The notes under the pieces were generated by a model. That model saw only the letters and a list, made by a program, of their open reading frames with translations, did not search any database and was not told the origin of the DNA. A DNA stretch of 64,000 nt from Balanoglossus misakiensis (taxonomy: Eukaryota; Animalia; Hemichordata), in assembly GCA_040954595.2 (NCBI GenBank), contig CM082578.2, positions 11,415,166-11,479,165 of the forward strand, read 5' to 3'. Positions within the stretch are counted from its first letter, which is position 1; each line of letters begins with the position of its first letter. Both the position numbers and the translations under genes were made by a program. Of the stretch, positions 13,801-27,300 are shown in pieces.

Positions 13801-16800
13801 ATCCTACAACGAATGCGGAAACAATGCGAAGATAAAGAAATGGGAAGTCAAATAATAGATACCACTTACCTCCCCTGTGATAGTGACAATGTGTATTTGT
13901 TTTGATACTGACAATAGTCACGCGCTAGTGTGGGTACCCCACGATGCCAAAAGACTTTGTGTGGGGAGATTCTCAATTGTGCGGTCCCAACTCCTCTGCA
14001 ATTATAATAAGTCCCCTTCTTTACAAATCTTAATTTTTCAAAGAAAACAGATGATGTAGCGGACGGTGCGTTGGTCCCAAATGGAGGGGGATTCAGGTCC
14101 ATAAAAAAACTGCACATAAGCGGATATGTACATTCAACAAAGAATTTTATTCTCTTTGAGTTTTCGTTTCTTTCAGGATCATAATTGAAAACCTTTTTTT
14201 TGTTCAGCGCCGAGAGAGGGCATTTGCTTCCTATTTGTTGCGTTTGCTTGACTCACTTCGTAAACAATCAGGAGTTACATAGTCGTCGTTGTGAAATACA
14301 GAAGTAGTCCCCGGGGACGGTGCACATTGGCGCTATCAAGAAATAACTTGATGTAGGAACACTTGTCCTTTTCCTGCGCCTGAATCACGTGCGCTTACGG
14401 GGTCTGCCAGAAACCCCCACCGCCATACTCTTTATTCCAAACGCTGTAGTAATTCAGTCGATTATAGTATCCGAAGTAATTGAGTGTTAGTCTCGGGATG
14501 TCCGCACATAAATTGACAAATACGTCGTGTAATGACTCCGATTTGAATTGAAGTGAAAGATTTCATGGGATGAAATTGAAATGAACAACCACCTACTGTC
14601 AACCTTTATTTAGACTCACTCGAAATTAAGACGTTAACATGGAAAGGGGCATGATTTACGGCTATTAAGGCAGATTTTGGGGGCACCAGGGAACAGCTAA
14701 AGAATGATTTATCGCCAGCACCACCGTAAAGTTTTCCATCGCCGTAATTATCGCAAAACAAGGGGTCAACAGTGGAATTGTGATAATTGGCAAAGTTTAT
14801 TAGATATGGATTTATTTCTCATAACAAATCATTGTGAAAATTAACAAAGATGACTCGGCTGCTTGATAAGCAAGCGCTGCAGGACCGACTGTTTTTTTTT
14901 CTCCATCCCCACTACTCTTCGAGTCTCGTGTAACGATAATACGAGGTTACCTACAGTTCATATTATATCTCTCTTTCAAGCATCGCAGATCAGCCGTGTC
15001 GTATTTCCACACTCCGATTGTAATTAAAGTTATTTCCCAAATGGTCTTTTCACCACAGTGTACGTTGGCCTGTCATCAATGCGCCCGCACGCCCAAACCA
15101 CAAGTGGACCCAGTTAATTTTTGATCGGTGACTGCTGGCACCAAAAGTGACTGTTATACCAGACTCGTTCGATCACACATCCGTTTTTGTTTCGCGTGAA
15201 ATTCGTGTCATTTCCATCCCTACCTCACCCACCATAAATGAGCAGTCATTATTTTTTAAGCTTCTAATTACAAATGTGCACCTTTTCTTTGTGTAGGCTC
15301 GTAAGAGCGATAAGAGACATCGCTTTTGGCATGATAATAATAAAAAGTTAATTATTTGAATCAAGGGTGTATACAAACAACATCTGACAAGGACAGCGAG
15401 TGTTGTGATGTCTCCGGACGGACCAATGAATGTCTCATCATATAAGCTCGGTTATTTGTTAGGGTTGACACGATCAATTCACCAGACAATCATGACGCAG
15501 GCTGTGTGTGCCATTAATCCGTCGAATCCCGAATACAGTGTACTTTCTTTTACTATACGGCTTTCATTTTTTTCCAGCGGAAACCCGTCTTTTTAATTTA
15601 CTTGACAAAGTTTAGCCTTTGCCACTGGTTTTAATACCAACACTTCGCTTTATCGCGACTGCAAAACAAACAGGCTTCAAGCTTGAGCGGTTCGCCAGTG
15701 CGAAAATGGCGAAAAACTGCGGCTGAAACTCCCCAATGCATGAGTGAATGGTTAAAAAGCCCCGCACGTAGCCCAGAGATTTATCACTGCGAGACGTCCA
15801 TATAGTTTCCTATTAATTAATCGACCTAAATGTAACTTATTGATTTATAGACACCGCAGAAGAGCAGTGTCATCCATCAAACTCTTCGGGTTTGGCAGAA
15901 TCTTGCTTACGCCAGAGAGCGCCGGGCATCCCCCCAGACTCGGGGCCCGAATCACTACTCGCTAGGGAACACTCTTAGTTCGACGATACACATGCCGGCG
16001 AGTTGAGGCGGCGGTCTTACATGATTAGTTGAGTGTTTTCCTTGTTTAATCCTACGTGGATTTAACAGTAAAAAAAAAGCAAGCAGGGCGATTTTAGATA
16101 AATGTCCGATAATTGCACCCGCTAATCCCCTTTACGAGTTGATCTCTTCGATATTGGTGCAGACTTGGCTCTGTGTTGCCTTTTTTCAAATCCTCTTCTT
16201 TCACTTTTGAAATGACCCCATGGACATAACCAGACCAATTTCTTCGGGTTCCACTCTGAAACAAAGATGACCACAGAATTATTAACATTGATATTTACCT
16301 GTCCCTGTGACTCATTTCCATAGACCCTTAATAATTCAGTTTATTCTGAAAATGTGTATTTAACACTTGTGAAGGTGAAATCTATACCGTGTGTGAATAT
16401 GTAAAACGATACAGCCACCAGCCTACCACTGGCAAGTCTTTTGCATACCGGTATCAGATAACTGGACAACCGACGAACAGAAAATCATACGTGCCTATTG
16501 CCCGATTTGCAATAACATAGTTACTTTATTTATAAATCATGTAACGATAAAAATCTTATTTTCAAAACACCTAACAACCTAGGCCGAGAATTGCGCATTT
16601 CGAGTCACTGTGGTTTAAATTGTAATTAGTATCAAATGTGCGTCCTTATTTACATATCGCTACCGTCGACAGTATTGTTTGCCGCATTTAACAAGTGGTG
16701 GTGTCCTTCAGCTGGGCACTGCTCACTACACAGCCATGTGACAATGAAACCGGAAGGCTTTGTCTTGGTGATTGACAGGCCCTTATCAATTTTGGTCACC

Positions 16801-17060
16801 GCTCACCACCGTCCAACAATTCGCCTGGTGAAAAACACACTCTTTTGTAAACTTTTTTTGTTGTTAGATTTATGTGGGATGGCGTTACGTAAGTGCGTGG
16901 CAAGCGGTGGATCAGGCGCGAATAAAAATCAATCGTATTACAATTAATTAATTAATTGAACCATTATCATGTAAGTATCAAAACTATTACCACGTGTAGT
17001 ATCGGTTTATTGATCAGAGAGGCTGTATTTTTTGCATGACTCGTGAAAGTCACCATGCCA

Positions 17061-17231
17061 TCAGCCAGTCAGTCAGTCAGTCAGTCAGCCAGCCTGCCAG
17101 TCAGTCAGGCGGTCGGTAGGCCAGACCTGCCTTCCTGCCAGCCACTCAAGTATTATACGCTGGCTGTACATGTAGGTCAGTCGACCAGCCAGTCGGTCTG
17201 AGCACGGTCGGGGTCTGAGTCAGTCAGTCGG
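17061..17231. repeat. Degenerate (CAGT/CAGC)n tetranucleotide repeat
   Basis: Core CAGTCAGTCAGT with decayed copies extending to about 17231. Confidence 0.85.
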
Positions 17232-20200
17232 CGATCAAATTGCCAAACAGTGGGACGGGCAATGATCAGGTCTATCAATAAGCCTTAATTAAACAATCAA
17301 AGTTTTATTATGTTGCTGATCGAATATGATTCATCCGAAAGCCCCGGTGATAAAACGAATTATCGTGTCCTTACGGAGGTCCCGCAATAATGAAGGGCCA
17401 ATTAGTGCAATTTACGGTGGGTGTGTCGACAAAGTTGGATAAACCTTGTAAATAATACATATCATGGTTTCGTCCGCTCCTTCGACGCAAATTTTAATTG
17501 GAAAATATAAGAACGGACGACCCCATTAATCCAAGGCGCCGATGGCTTCCAGTGCTCTTTATCCGTTGGTTTAAAAACTGACAAGACAATTCTCACTTGA
17601 ATGTTAGATAACGCCACCTTTTTTTGCATTGGCTAACAATAGCGACGAGTGTTTGATGTTTCTGGTACGGACTCTTTATTCCATTTCATTCACCGGCGAC
17701 ATTTCTACTGCTCCGACAGTGTGAGGTTGCCGTTTCATTTCATTCCGTCGGCATTACATCTCAGTTATTAGGCATTTTCGTGGATGAATAATATCAGATA
17801 CAGCAGCAACGGATCGCCATTACTCCTCATTAACGCCAAGTCTTCTATCATCGCTGCTAATTATGATTCATGTTCGACTCGTATTAAAATGTAACGATGC
17901 GATGTGTCAGTGATACGCCGACTTTAATGCCGTGATCTTCTGTCTCCATTACATTCTGGTTATTTACCTCGACAGTGAATCAAATCATTTTTTTTCTTCG
18001 CTTGGCGGGTGAAAATCCGACAAAAAGAATTCAAGCAGGGTTAACTTTCTGCCATACTATACGTGGCGCAACAGGATTGGATTTAGAAAGAGGCACAGGA
18101 GATTCGTCGCTAACTCGGATCGCCAAAGATACCCTTATGCGCTAACTGTCGGGTTGTGCAGCACAGGTAGTGGATTGTTGGAAACCATGGCAATTTTGGC
18201 CTTTTCATTACGAGGTGTAATCACAGGGGATAAAGAAGGATCGTTGAAAAACACTTGACCTTGGGTTATTCGAGCAATGTGAAAAAGCTCAAGGAAAAAA
18301 TATTAGACCAATTTCTTTATATTTCTGCTTCAAGGCATGCGGATTCATTATAGGTAAAACAATTATACACATTTGGGGGTTCTTGTCTTTACACAAAACC
18401 TTCGATGTGGAAATTATTTTTAGTGTAAATAGACTCAGATATGAAGTTTCAGCGATATGTTTGCCAGGCTTAGCCTCGGGGGTCTGTAACAGTCAACGCG
18501 ATCAAATGCAGTTACCATAACAGTGTAACAAACACTGATAACCCGGGGTCTCCGACCATACCCACCGGCGGCGCTGAGCCAAAACAACACACGCAGTTTT
18601 TAAGCATGTATTCCATCAAGGCAGGTTTGGCTGCCCCTGCCTTTCCATCCGTTGACAAAGAACAGTGGCTTCCTGACAGTGTCGGTTCGCAGGTTGGGAT
18701 GCTGACTTTCATTTCCCTTTGACACAATCCCGGCTGACACCCCGTATCTTTCTCATCGCCCGCCGGATCACTCTCCAGTTCGTCAACGATTTGATCCTTC
18801 GCGCCCTGCTATCACACGCAACAAGGACAGGGTAATAATAACACGATCAATACTTCATTCCACTTATTAAGACAATATTTGTGTAATTAACGTGTTCCTT
18901 ATCTGACGTTGCTACCATACACTCCTGTGTAGCGTTACACGAATCCAATATCTCGTTATCGTATATCGCTAAACTCGTGTGGTGCATTGAGATACTTTAA
19001 AAAAAAAGTGGGCGCGTTATGTTGTCCTCATTTTCCGCCCTTTCTGTCGTCGATGTCTGATAAGGGAAACCCCGTGTGCCACTTGTAGCAATTCTTTAAT
19101 CCACAACCAATCAGCTTGAAATATGCGTTCTAGGATTCCTTGCGAAAAAGGGGAAAATTTGGGAATCAATTAAGATGGGTTGAACTTGCAGCATTGAATA
19201 AGAACACGCTGTGGTACATGTCGTCCCGTGGGTCAAAGTTCAACGGTGTGAAAGTAGTACTCAAAGTTGTTCGAAAGACAATATGTCTGAAATGTCTGAT
19301 TTTGAAGTGAAATCGGTAGTTTATGTCTTGTCCTCCACGCGAACTCATAAAACATGTAAATGATCCGGTTTGTTAATTGCAGTTTATACAACTTTTGTCA
19401 AATTTGTGATACATTCTGATCGCCCTATCTTATATATTATTTTTGTCGTTTTCTTTTCCGAAACGGATACATGCGTTATGAGTTGTAAAACATCACATTT
19501 TGTGATTGGCAATTTCACCAACTTCAAAACTGCATGCGTATCTTTTGATTATGGAGGAATCTCAAATGTAATCGTGACGCTTTGCCAAAAAGCGACGAGA
19601 AACACAACCCGTAACCGAAATGGAAAGGTAAGGCAGACGGAAGATAACAATCTTGTAGCAGTTTCTAATTGTGGTATGTCAACTCAAAAAAATGTCGCGT
19701 CGGCGCGCTTGATCTAGTATGCCGGTGATTTTCATAAAAAGGCTTTCCCGCCTTCAACGGATACGATATGTCGTCAGAAGTGAAATAACATTCCAATGAC
19801 AATTTCCGTTGATCTATTTGTGGAATCCATTCCGCGATTCGGCGACGACTATTACCCCGGATCATTATTTCTTGGTTTTCCGCTGCTGCAGATATGATAT
19901 TTGTTTTTCATAATCCTGAGTGGGTTTTCTCGGCATTTATCGATCGCGGGTAGGCGCTGACCAGACGAGATAACGGCTGGTCAGACCCATCAAAGTTTAC
20001 CTGTATGTGGTCAGTATTTTCCAATGTCGAGGATGTGTAGCAACCATTGGCACAACCCAAACCAACGGACGAACCCGTTGACCTTTTAGAGGCGATTTAA
20101 ATTATCGATCGCGTCATTCACGTTTTCCTTAAAAGCATTTCGCAGCACACGGTTCCTCCACCAGTAGTATAGTCAGTGCACACTTTTGACGCGCTTTGAA

Positions 20201-20689
20201 AAAAAAAAACATCACAATTTCAATTTCTCAAGAAAGCGATGAAGAATATATGAAACACGCGAATAGTTGGATACAACATGTTTCAGTCCCAAGAATATTT
20301 TCTTTACCGAGTTTCACTTAGCCGTATTGCCTTACCACCTGTTTCATAAGATGTGTTTACCATATGGATTTCAGTTCGTGGTGCCATTTTTTTTTATTTT
20401 CTGAGCATCGCATACCGAATACCACTTGTGTGGAGAAAGAGAGAGTGAGTGATAAGTGACATAAGAATAAATTACTGACGATTTGGCTACTTTTGGCGGG
20501 AAAATAAAATTACAAACGGACACTGCCACCAAATGACAGTGCATTGTCATTTGCATTACACTTGTTCAGAGAAGACGGTTGTTTAATTTTTTTTATATAT
20601 AAATGGCTTTGTCCGCCAACCATGTTATTTATAAATGCGTTACTTTGAAAATAACCGAGGACTCGTTTTTCCTCAATTGTAACCGTGTT

Positions 20690-20990
20690 CAATGAAGGCC
20701 ACTGACCGGGGTCGCTCAAAATAAATAGCCCGCACGACTAAGCAAACAGTCGCCATACCTGAGTACAAATAGGGAATATGAGGGGGAAAAACCGGAGACT
20801 GCTTACTGCCCGTTGGTTGTTTTCGGTAGTAGAGCGTGCGGGAGCCTCTGCGGCAGTGCACATGGCTTAAGTGGTCCGAGCGACTGCGCCCCGTGTAAAG
20901 ATATAAACCGCACTGCTGGAGCAGGGAAGAATGAAACGGCGGAGACACACGTGTTGGCCATTACCGTCAGCTAAAGGTGCCCCAATTTAT
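20690..20990 (+). mobile_element. SINE-like fragment, probably 5'-truncated (AmnSINE2-like central domain)
   Basis: GC-richer block with the motifs TGAAGGCCACTGACC, GCCCGCACGACTAAGCA, GCCATACCTGAGTACAAATAGGGAAT and GAGACTG..TACTGCCCGTTG, in the order I recall for the AmnSINE2 consensus. Not verified by search. No tRNA head or B box seen. Confidence 0.55.
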
Positions 20991-23900
20991 GTGTGCCGCC
21001 ACTTGCTATGTCATCAAACAATAGAACACAATGCACCAAAATATTGTATTGGAAACGAAAAATAAGGCATCGAAAATTTTCTTTGATCGAACACAGGGGC
21101 AAGTGAGGTCAGTTTTGTTCGGAGCACGTGGGGAGGAAAATGTTCAGGAAATTTATAGTGTTCCAGAAATTTTATAAATCCACTCAATGAATTAATCACA
21201 TCGTAACTGATATGTTATCTCTGCGTCCGATTTCTGACCGGATGATATAATATTTTTTCCCTTGACATGCATAAGTACCAGTAATGGAAGAAACAAACCC
21301 AAAACAGCTAAAACGGTAAATTCGACAAAATCAAACAAACAAACCCGACGGTGAACCGCGAAACCAGGAACACAATAAAATGAGATGGGACAAATGAATT
21401 TCGAAGCGTTTGAAAACTGATAAGAAAGGGTTTCCTTTAATGTTGGGTACAAGTTTCCATTGAACAAAAAGACGTAACTTTTCAAGCTAACGATGCCTCA
21501 TCAACTTGGCCGGATTACCGTAACTTTTCTTTCTTAGAAACAAACAAATTGAACTTCAAAAACAAATTTAGGCATTTTCGCTGACACCCTTCATATTATT
21601 TTGCTATAATGTACTTTGCAAAGTACCAGTTGCGCAAAAAGTACCCTTGAGCCTTAATGAAATTTCTTTCTTTTTTTCTTCTTTTTTTCACTTTTTTCGC
21701 CTTGTTTTTTCGTGTTGATGAGGTGGAAAATTGGAGACGTATACCGTTAATGAATGCTACCTAGTTGATAGGACTTGTTGAACACATGCATGCATAACTC
21801 ATACCAGGCACAGCGTTGTGCAATTATTGTTAGCTCCCAGTGACGAGGCCTTCTCCTATCCAGGCACCTGCTGCGGACTCACTGTCATGCAAATGAGCAC
21901 GACGCGTGTAAGAGCCTATGAAAAAGTCATAGAGGCACCTTTCTCCGCCTGTGTCCATTTCATGTAGCTACGCTGTCGATTTCTCTGTGATTGATGGTGT
22001 ACGGTTTCCTTTGGCGATATTTCTTTTTGCTCAGTATTGATTCGATCCTCGGGGAAGGATATGTTCCCCGCAGAAGTTGTCGCCCGGCGGAAAATTTCTT
22101 TTTTTCCCCGCTTCGATTTCCGAGAGAGGAAAGTTGTCTTGCGCGCGCGCGATTCAGGGGGGCTTTTGATAAAAAAAAAGCAGTTGAAAGTTTGCGGAGT
22201 GCGCTAGGGGAGTCCTTTAGAGCTCCGTAAACAATGCGTATTGTAAGATAAATAAGTTAACTGAAAAATTGAATTATCGTGCATATGGGTGTCATTCATA
22301 CTAGCTCGCGAATGAGTGACACAAAACAAAACCATGAAGCCTACCCGTAATACCTTACAGCCTGGAGGCAGCCAGACTACAATAGGGAGCGGCGGGCTTG
22401 GCGTAGACTATCGTAAAGTGCGCTGCGCGCCAAATTCTGACCCCGAATAATCGCCAGCTTCTGTGTGCATTATTACCAAGTGATAAGTATATTCAAATGC
22501 GTTTCGGCACCAGTAGTTTTGTCGTCATCATCGCCCCAGCCGTTGATGGGGGAGAGCTGGTGTTCATGATCATCTTGAACTCAGAGACTGGTGGCTTCTA
22601 TTCTGGCAAAAAAAAGACGAACTACCGTTTTGTGGTTAGTTGTGACCGTGTGTTGTTATCAACCGAATACAATATATACAGATTTAAATTGTCTGTAATA
22701 TTGTGTGACTAGTTAAAGCGACGCGCAGTGACAAATGTAACTCTTTGCTCCGCTGAACGTTCTGTGACTTCCGGGTCAAGCAAACACCGTCCCGCCACAA
22801 TGAATTTTAATTCAAAGTTAATGTTCGTTTCCGGAATTTTGCTAAATATTGTTTTTCGGTGTTCGCACTACGTACATGTATATGCCAGTATGACTTTATG
22901 TGCGCCCGCACTTTTTGTGTGTGGTGGTGTGGTAACCTCTCCATTTCCGTATCGCCGAAATTTATGTTAGTGCAATGCGAGTATAACGTTTAGATGCACT
23001 TGTAAAAAAATCATCCCACTTTCATTTTTGGCGATACACAAGTGCGCTTCAAAGTGGTTCAGGGGCGGTGCGGAATGTGAAGGTGAATTACCGGTAAACA
23101 TGAACTAAGCATCACAAGTATATGCGGACAACAACAAATGCAGAACGATCCTTGGAGATTCAAGGCGATTGGATTAAGTCTGGTTTCCAAAGGAGGGGGA
23201 GGGGGCCCGATACCTTCACAAAGGAAAGTGTCCATGGATGTGGAAAAACAGGTGAAACAATGTCTAGCTTGAGAGTGAAAATAGTCTAGAGAGATGTGTG
23301 CTGCTCAGGGAAATGATCGAAGTGGTAAAATCGTTTTATTTCCTTTTAGAAGACACGGGTTGTTGAGGCTGTTAATGTTTTGCTTTGTGTGCGCTACCAC
23401 ATTTCCCCCCGAAAAGTGAGAATGGATGGCTTTCTGGGTGAAGCAGGCGAGATGGCCACGCCGATGCCGGGTAATCGTCTCCGATTTCAATGGTTGTTGA
23501 CAATGTCAAGTGTGTATATTTCACATGAAACCAATACTAACCGCCGTAAATAGGCAGACAGGCAATCAATTACGCTGGTTCGGCGCGTAGGGAGCGGGAG
23601 AAAAAAAGTTTTATCTGCATCTAATTCCCACCACGCGTCGCTTTTCCTCGTCCACTGGGGAAACCCGGCAATGTCTTGCATCGATTGGCTGACCGAATTT
23701 ATAGGCCGGTGTATAGTTAGACTAGTTGCTGTCCCCTGTCCGACGCAGTCGAACGTCACTGTATGGCTGGCTGTCCGATTTCTCGGTTGTCGCTATCGGT
23801 GATCTCGCCGAACGTCGCAGGTAAAAGGTAAATGGCAAACCGTGTCGGCGGTGTTCTGTTCTCTTTTCCCTCTTGCTGCACTTAATGTCATGCGCAGTGC

Positions 23901-24303
23901 ATTGACAAGACTAGCTCTGAGAAGGGAGGTGGGATTTCTGCCTTTTCAAGTCGTTTTTCACCGTGTCACATACCTAACACGCGCCCATCACCTGAAGGTG
24001 CGAGATTCGGTCCCGAGTTGAAGCGTCTTAAAGATTACAGCGTGTCCACAGTGACTGCCACTTGTGAAGGTGCCCGGTCCCTATTTCGACATGAGATTTC
24101 CATTGCCAGCATTTAGCGGTATAGAATTATTTGTCGACTCTGAGAAGTAGAATCAGTGACTTGCTTGAACGGCGGGATCGCCGCAAAAGCACTCGGATAC
24201 GCCTCAGTGGAGAACCTTATCTGCAGAAAAGAAAAACTTCCCGTTTAATTGGATGCGGCGATAAAAGTTGACTGATAATCTGTGCGATTGACGTTTTAAA
24301 AAT

Positions 24304-24315
24304 TCTCTCTCTCTT

Positions 24316-24384
<69 letters not shown>
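24304..24384. repeat. (CT)n microsatellite
   Basis: About 80 bp of near-perfect CT dinucleotide. Confidence 0.98.
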
Positions 24385-24387
<3 letters not shown>

Positions 24388-27300
24388 ATCGCTCTGCTCT
24401 AGACAAATCCGAATTCTTGCGTTTGCATGACCCGGGCCGTTTAATGTCACGTCAGTCTTCTCCGAAAATACTTGGTCAGTCTTCCTAAATTCTGTAGAGT
24501 TTACATTTAATTCATAAGCGATTAATCAGTTGATACGAAAGTCCAAGGCTGAGAATGTGAGTGTGATACCTGCGTTAAAAGATCCGTCCACGAGCGGCAA
24601 TTTTTGCTATCTTTTCAGTATATCGTTGTGAGTGTGTCAACCGCAGCTTCTTGTTCGACTCCCCAAATCATGATCAAGCGCCTAGTATTTAATCAATTAA
24701 CACGGCCTGCAGGTGTCAAGAGTCAGCGCTATTACTGCTGAGAATTGATTTCAGGTCCGGACTTAAATTCATTTGCCAACAATAACCACTGACAGTAGTC
24801 TTAACGCAGAAGACTGGGCTTTTTCATCACGTTTCAAGGGGGGGGTGGTAAAGCAGTCAGTTGCAGGTTTTAAACAGAACAAAAAATGCCAGGAAAGAAA
24901 ACTTGAAGGATCAAAGTTAAAGATGGTGGCCCTTTAAAGGAACCGGGCCGGGTTTACATTTTGCGCGCCATTTTAAAATTAGCGATAGTATTTTGTTAGT
25001 ATATTTTTTTATGAAATGGTCATGTTTAGCTCTACCCCTGTCACCTTTTCACATACTTCATCACATCAGTTTATACAAAGCGTGACTTTTGATTGTATGT
25101 TGTGTTCTCAGTCTTGTTCCCCGAATTTACCAGACAAGTAGACATTCGAAGGCAAAGCTCACTTCTGCCGCCATTTCTCTTCACGTCTGCGCGGTCACTG
25201 TTTTTTTTTAAAGTATGTACAATAGAAACTCAATTTCCACCATTTTACCATTGTATTCATATTTTTTGAAACTTTTTCAGTAATTGTTCGGTCTTACCAG
25301 TGGTTTGATAGTCCTCGGGTTTCCCGTTGAATGTGTGCATTGTAGGAATATGTATGCCGACAGAACTAAAAAAAGGGGGGGGGGATGGGGTACTCGTGAA
25401 TAATAACACGGTGCAAACGCCTGTGCATCTGACAACGATATGTTTGAAACCTGCTTTGTCTTGTACTTCCTATGGTATATAAAAGCTCACCGACAGTGTT
25501 GCCTGTCCCTCACTCTACAGTCGCTTTCTCATTATTATGCAGGGCTGGGCCGTCATAGACACGCGCCAGCATAAAAGCCTTGCCCACTATAACCGCACTG
25601 GAGAGATACAGAGAGCAAGACACCGACTCCACTTGTGGAAGGAGAAGATTAGACCGGGTTCCGACCTATGCTGCCCTCTCCCCCTCACGCCACCAAATTG
25701 ATTTACTCGACGGTAAGTGATTTTTATTTCACCTCGATTTCCTGTACGATGTAAAAAAAACACACCAGATAGAGTCAAAATCGCCGCGATTGCTGTGGCT
25801 TATCGTTTTCAGAGAGCGTGAAATTCAGTTTGCGCAAGCTATCCTATCGGTGCTCCCCATCACATCGGACATTTTATCATCTTTATTGCCAATTAAATTT
25901 CATCGACAAACTCCATCCACGTCCTCTTGAGGTCGAATCTCGACACACACGCATTAACATGGAGTAAAGATTTCAGACGGAGAAGAGCGCTAAATGTACG
26001 ACTGAAAACAAATTTGGAGTGTAATCCTTCAGTCGCGTTACTAGCAAAAGCCAGGAAAAAATATCAGATAAGAAAAAATGTCACATTTCTTATCCTATCA
26101 TCATGCATAATCATCCATGTCCAATTTCACAAGCCGCGCGTGCCCCGCATAACTTTGCTAGAATCCGTCGCTTGGAAAAAATTGGAGCCTTTCGCAGTCC
26201 TTCTAGTTCTAGAAAATGTCAAATCTTTTGATGGCACGCGCTGTTTACGCTGATACATATCTTCACCGACACAGTGTTTGCCTTGTCTTATGAGACCGCG
26301 AGAAAACTAATAAGAAGACGCCAGTGGCGTTTGGTCCTAGAGTTAAATTTGTACTGTAGTTTAATATTCCCGAAAAACAAAATATGAATACGTTAATTTG
26401 CTATTGACGTACATTTACACGTTATCGCAGGTGCTGGAAAAAGTTGTGTACTAGTATATTTATTGTTTTGTACGGCTGCGTAGGCAAGTGTCCCCACCCT
26501 CTCTCTCCCCCTCCTCTCTCTCCCCGCCCATCCCTCTCTCTCTCTCTCACTGTGATGGTCCATGTATTAAGGTAGATTTATAAGGGCGACGGAGCGAATG
26601 ATACAATGACCGAGCACCGTGCGGCCCATTTGGAAAGTAAACAAACAGAACGGGTAAAGATATGGCATGTAATGTTAGATGCCACTCTGGCGATATTTAT
26701 TAATTTTATCAACCTGAACTGTAAACACAACTCGAAGGTTCAACAAGCCCCGCACACTGTCTTAAATGTTAAAAGTTATTCACTTTCAAAATTCATAAAT
26801 TATGTAACGTCTGAAACATTTTGCCGCACATTAAATCACTCGCCATCTTTTCGTTTGAATAAGTTATCTACTTTGGGTCCCGTGACAGCAAGAATTGGCA
26901 GGGCGCTCAAACTTTGCCTAATCGACAATGAAACCGTGAAATTCGATTAAACTTTTAAAACGTTTGAAAAGTTACCACAGCGGGTGAATTACGGGTACTT
27001 CGCGTTTACATTTCTTCAATAGCTGCAGCATCTATACCTTTCAATTCCTGTTCCGTAGCTCTTAGCAGTGGTTATGCGACATCCATTCCGCTTGACTGTA
27101 TTCTCGCGGCGCTAGAATACAGTAAGGCTGTCATTTGCGTTTTTGAGGGTTATATATATATGTCCAGATATTATTTGAAATATTCTCCCTTAAATAATTT
27201 ATTAGACTAAAAAGCTGGATGGGGAAATGTCGGTAAATTTCATCGTTTTGAAGTGTTTTGGAGTGCACTTCGTCACAAAATGAGATCTGCACGCGGCCTG

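Noticed and set aside
16100-16300. Possible decayed interspersed-repeat unit (similar impression at 49660-49700, 43270-43370 and 24930-25210)
   Set aside because: No termini, target-site duplication or second copy can be shown within the window.
20863-20880. tRNA A-box-like TGGCTTAAGTGG
   Set aside because: No B box or cloverleaf follows. It is internal to the SINE-like block.
24217-24450. RERE-repeat ORF (similar ones at 1624-1866 and 35918-36234)
   Set aside because: Microsatellite artefacts.
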